Virus record (IMG/VR): IMGVR_UViG_3300022723_000177
Location: 1 to 64,000 of that record
Direction: 5' to 3' (one strand)
Source: a virus
Length of the DNA stretch: 64,000 nt
Numbering within the stretch: the first letter of the stretch is position 1; every line of letters begins with the position of its first letter. Shown in pieces: positions 62,245-64,000 of the stretch. Below the pieces are notes generated by a model. The model ran no database searches. It was not told the origin of the DNA and was given only the letters and a program-made list of their open reading frames with translations. The position numbers and the translations under genes were made by a program.

Positions 62245-62956
62245 AGACACAGAGATCTACGGTGATGCGCAGTTCGCTACCGCTCACCCCGTGAAGGGTC
62301 CGAACGAGCTCTCGATTTCCACGCATGAATACCAGCTCGTGGTGCGCCTACTCGCCGAAAACTGGAAGATGCCGCAGGTGGTAGACGAAGTCGCCCGACA
62401 GTTCCCCGCTTCGGCGTGCTCTTACGGGGTGGTGCGCCGCATTAAGTCCACGCGACAACCCGAGATCAAGGCGCTCCGCGAGAAGATCAACAAACAGCTC
62501 GACGATCTATGGATCGCCAACAAACGCCAACGAGTGATCACGTTGCAGCGGATGTTCGAGGACGCGAACCGCTGGACCCCCGTGAAAGCGATTGAGACCA
62601 TCGAGAACGACGAAGCGGGGGACCCTGCGCGCCGTACGAGCCTTGTCTACAAGAAGGACTTCGGCGCGATGATCTCTGTGATCAAGGCTGTGCGGGAGGA
62701 GCTCGGAGAAGATGCAGGAGCCCGCGCAGCGACGTCGCTCGAGGATCTGGTGCGCCTAGCAGAGCAGAGCCGAGGTCTCGAGACCACCCACGAGAAGGGT
62801 GACAACCTCGAGGGCGCTGTGCCTGTGCAGGAAGACGCCATGCTGATCGACGTCCCTGCCCAGTACCGTACGCGCGGCAGTGATGATACCCGCGGCTTCA
62901 TCGATGGTGCAGAGGTGATCGACCAAGAAGACGAGGCCGGCGCCGACGTCGTCTAG
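62237..62956 (+). CDS. Hypothetical acidic protein with N-terminal HTH-like region
   Basis: ATG at 62237. HEYQLVVRLLAENWKMPQVVDEVARQF is helix-turn-helix-like. Confidence 0.5.
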   Translation: MPRDTEIYGDAQFATAHPVKGPNELSISTHEYQLVVRLLAENWKMPQVVDEVARQFPASACSYGVVRRIKSTRQPEIKALREKINKQLDDLWIANKRQRVITLQRMFEDANRWTPVKAIETIENDEAGDPARRTSLVYKKDFGAMISVIKAVREELGEDAGARAATSLEDLVRLAEQSRGLETTHEKGDNLEGAVPVQEDAMLIDVPAQYRTRGSDDTRGFIDGAEVIDQEDEAGADVV

Positions 62957-63035
62957 AGAAGCACCCCCACCCCCCAAGAAAAAGCACCCCCACCTTCCAG
63001 AGCACCCCCTGCTCTACCGCGGCTCACCTCACATT

Positions 63036-63165
63036 TTCGAGCTAACGATGAACTTTCGTTTTCGCTAACGATGAGTTTTCGTTTTTGTGGCACCCCGCGC
63101 GGTCGTGGTGTTTCAGTATTCCTGGAACGATCGATTTCAGTATTCCTGCAACGATCAACCGGCAA
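63036..63165. repeat. Two pairs of about 24-bp tandem direct repeats (gctaacgatgaNNtttcgtttt x2; tttcagtattcctgNaacgatcNa x2); iteron-like
   Basis: Direct reading. Preceded by three agcaccccc copies at 62961-63010. The non-coding block spans 62957-63352. Confidence 0.6.
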
Positions 63166-63352
63166 CTCGTGCGCATGTGCAACTCCACGGAAGTGGACCG
63201 GCAGGTCGGCACTGGTGACGCCGTAGGTTGTCACTCTGCGCGCTAGTTACGCGCCGAAACACCCCTAGACCGCGTCTGCGTGCTTGGCACGTGGTTCGCA
63301 TTGCTTCCGGAGCATGCGCCGAAATTCAATCGGCCGAAAGGGGATATACGAA

Positions 63353-63847
63353 ATGAGTACCCGATGCAGCATTTTTGTTTACGACCGGAATGGGCAACCT
63401 ACCGCGCAGCTGTACCACCACTGCGATGGGTACCCCGCGAATATGCTGGATCTGATAGGTACGGCCTACCGGAAGGCGCGCAAGGCGGGCCGCGCCGGCC
63501 ATGAGTGGGCCGCAAGCTTTCTCTGCGCGACCGACCCCGCGCAATTCTGCGTTGAGCCGATCGACGCGCGGTACGGGGACCTAGCGTACACCTATCACGT
63601 CCACCCCTACACACACGATACTGGCTCCGAGGTCTGGCGCGTGGAAGTGAAGGACGGAACCGGCGGGACCGGAGGGGAGCCCATGGTCGCCCTGTACTAT
63701 CACCCGAAAGCGGTAGGGATTGAGGGTCTCGGAGAAGGGGTACTGGACACTGACGCTATTCCCAACGCCCGCGGCGCCACACCCTTCGGGGTTCGACAGC
63801 GGCGCATCGCGAGATACGGTGTGGAAGTGGCCGACCGAAAAATCTGA
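63353..63847 (+). CDS. Hypothetical protein (164 aa)
   Basis: ATG at 63353 with atacgaaATG context. First gene after the repeat block. Confidence 0.45.
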   Translation: MSTRCSIFVYDRNGQPTAQLYHHCDGYPANMLDLIGTAYRKARKAGRAGHEWAASFLCATDPAQFCVEPIDARYGDLAYTYHVHPYTHDTGSEVWRVEVKDGTGGTGGEPMVALYYHPKAVGIEGLGEGVLDTDAIPNARGATPFGVRQRRIARYGVEVADRKI

Positions 63848-63925
63848 TTCAGGATGCGATTTTCCTCTCAAGGGTTTCGGCGCACCTACCGATAAGTAGA
63901 TCATATCAGCAAGGGGGAGCGACAA

Positions 63926-64000
63926 TGGTTCGAGCAGCTTTCATGATCGGCGCAGCGAGCGTGTTTCTCTACAGCCTTCTGCAGGTTGCTAACGCAGCGG
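63926..64000 (+). CDS. Partial ORF (5' end only) encoding a hydrophobic N-terminus
   Basis: agcaagggggagcgacaATG RBS, then MVRAAFMIGAASVFLYSLLQVANAA. Runs off the window. Confidence 0.35.

Noticed and set aside
62237-62956. Considered as terminase small subunit because of N-terminal HTH and acidic C-terminus
   Set aside because: It is about 8 kb away from terL in this linear window and embedded in the replication block. No specific small-terminase motif is visible. Left as hypothetical.
1-64000. Looked for CRISPR arrays and for tyrosine or large-serine integrases
   Set aside because: No series of regularly spaced identical repeats with unique spacers exists; the repeats found are tandem or motif-type. 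No ORF shows the R..HxxR..Y integrase signature or a >400-aa serine-recombinase architecture.

Overview
This 64 kb, very GC-rich window (about 68% G+C) reads almost entirely as one tailed dsDNA phage or prophage genome (siphovirus-like). I take the host to be Myxococcus-type, because the window encodes a pilin whose N-terminus closely matches Myxococcus PilA. All calls below come from reading the six-frame translations and the nucleotide sequence; no database search or gene-finder was run.

Layout, left to right:
- 1..728: non-coding regulatory region with C-rich/G-quadruplex-type repeats, perfect palindromes and short direct repeats.
- 729..6391: rightward early block with small ORFs, an HNH endonuclease, a small serine recombinase, a lipoprotein, a Cas4-like PD-(D/E)XK nuclease, and a ClpP-like protease paired with an SPFH/band-7 protein.
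- 6419..29818: complete virion module: large terminase, portal, scaffold, major capsid, Mu-F-like head protein, connectors, major tail protein, G/GT chaperone, tape measure, several tail proteins and a tail fibre.
- 29833..31524: lysis cassette (holin-like, GH108 endolysin, patatin-like phospholipase), followed by a tRNA-like element on the minus strand.
- 31594..38504: leftward operon including a type IV pilin, an RlmN/Cfr-like radical-SAM enzyme and a metallophosphoesterase.
- 38505..38752: divergent promoter region.
- 38753..62956: rightward replication and nucleotide/RNA-metabolism block (SF2 helicase, Toprim primase/P-loop protein, Rnl2-like ligase, ArfB-like GGQ peptidyl-tRNA hydrolase, MazG, P-loop kinase, HAD phosphatase, SLOG/DUF2493, family-A DNA polymerase, VRR-NUC).
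- 62957..63280: iteron-like direct repeats near the right end.

The most unusual content is a cluster of genes aimed at the host translation apparatus (ArfB-like factor, RNA-ligase/kinase/phosphatase set, RlmN-like radical SAM). The other stand-outs are the phage-encoded PilA-like pilin, the patatin-like lysis-associated lipase, the ClpP-SPFH pair, and a genome-wide over-represented GCACTT-N-GCACTT motif. No CRISPR array and no tyrosine integrase were found.
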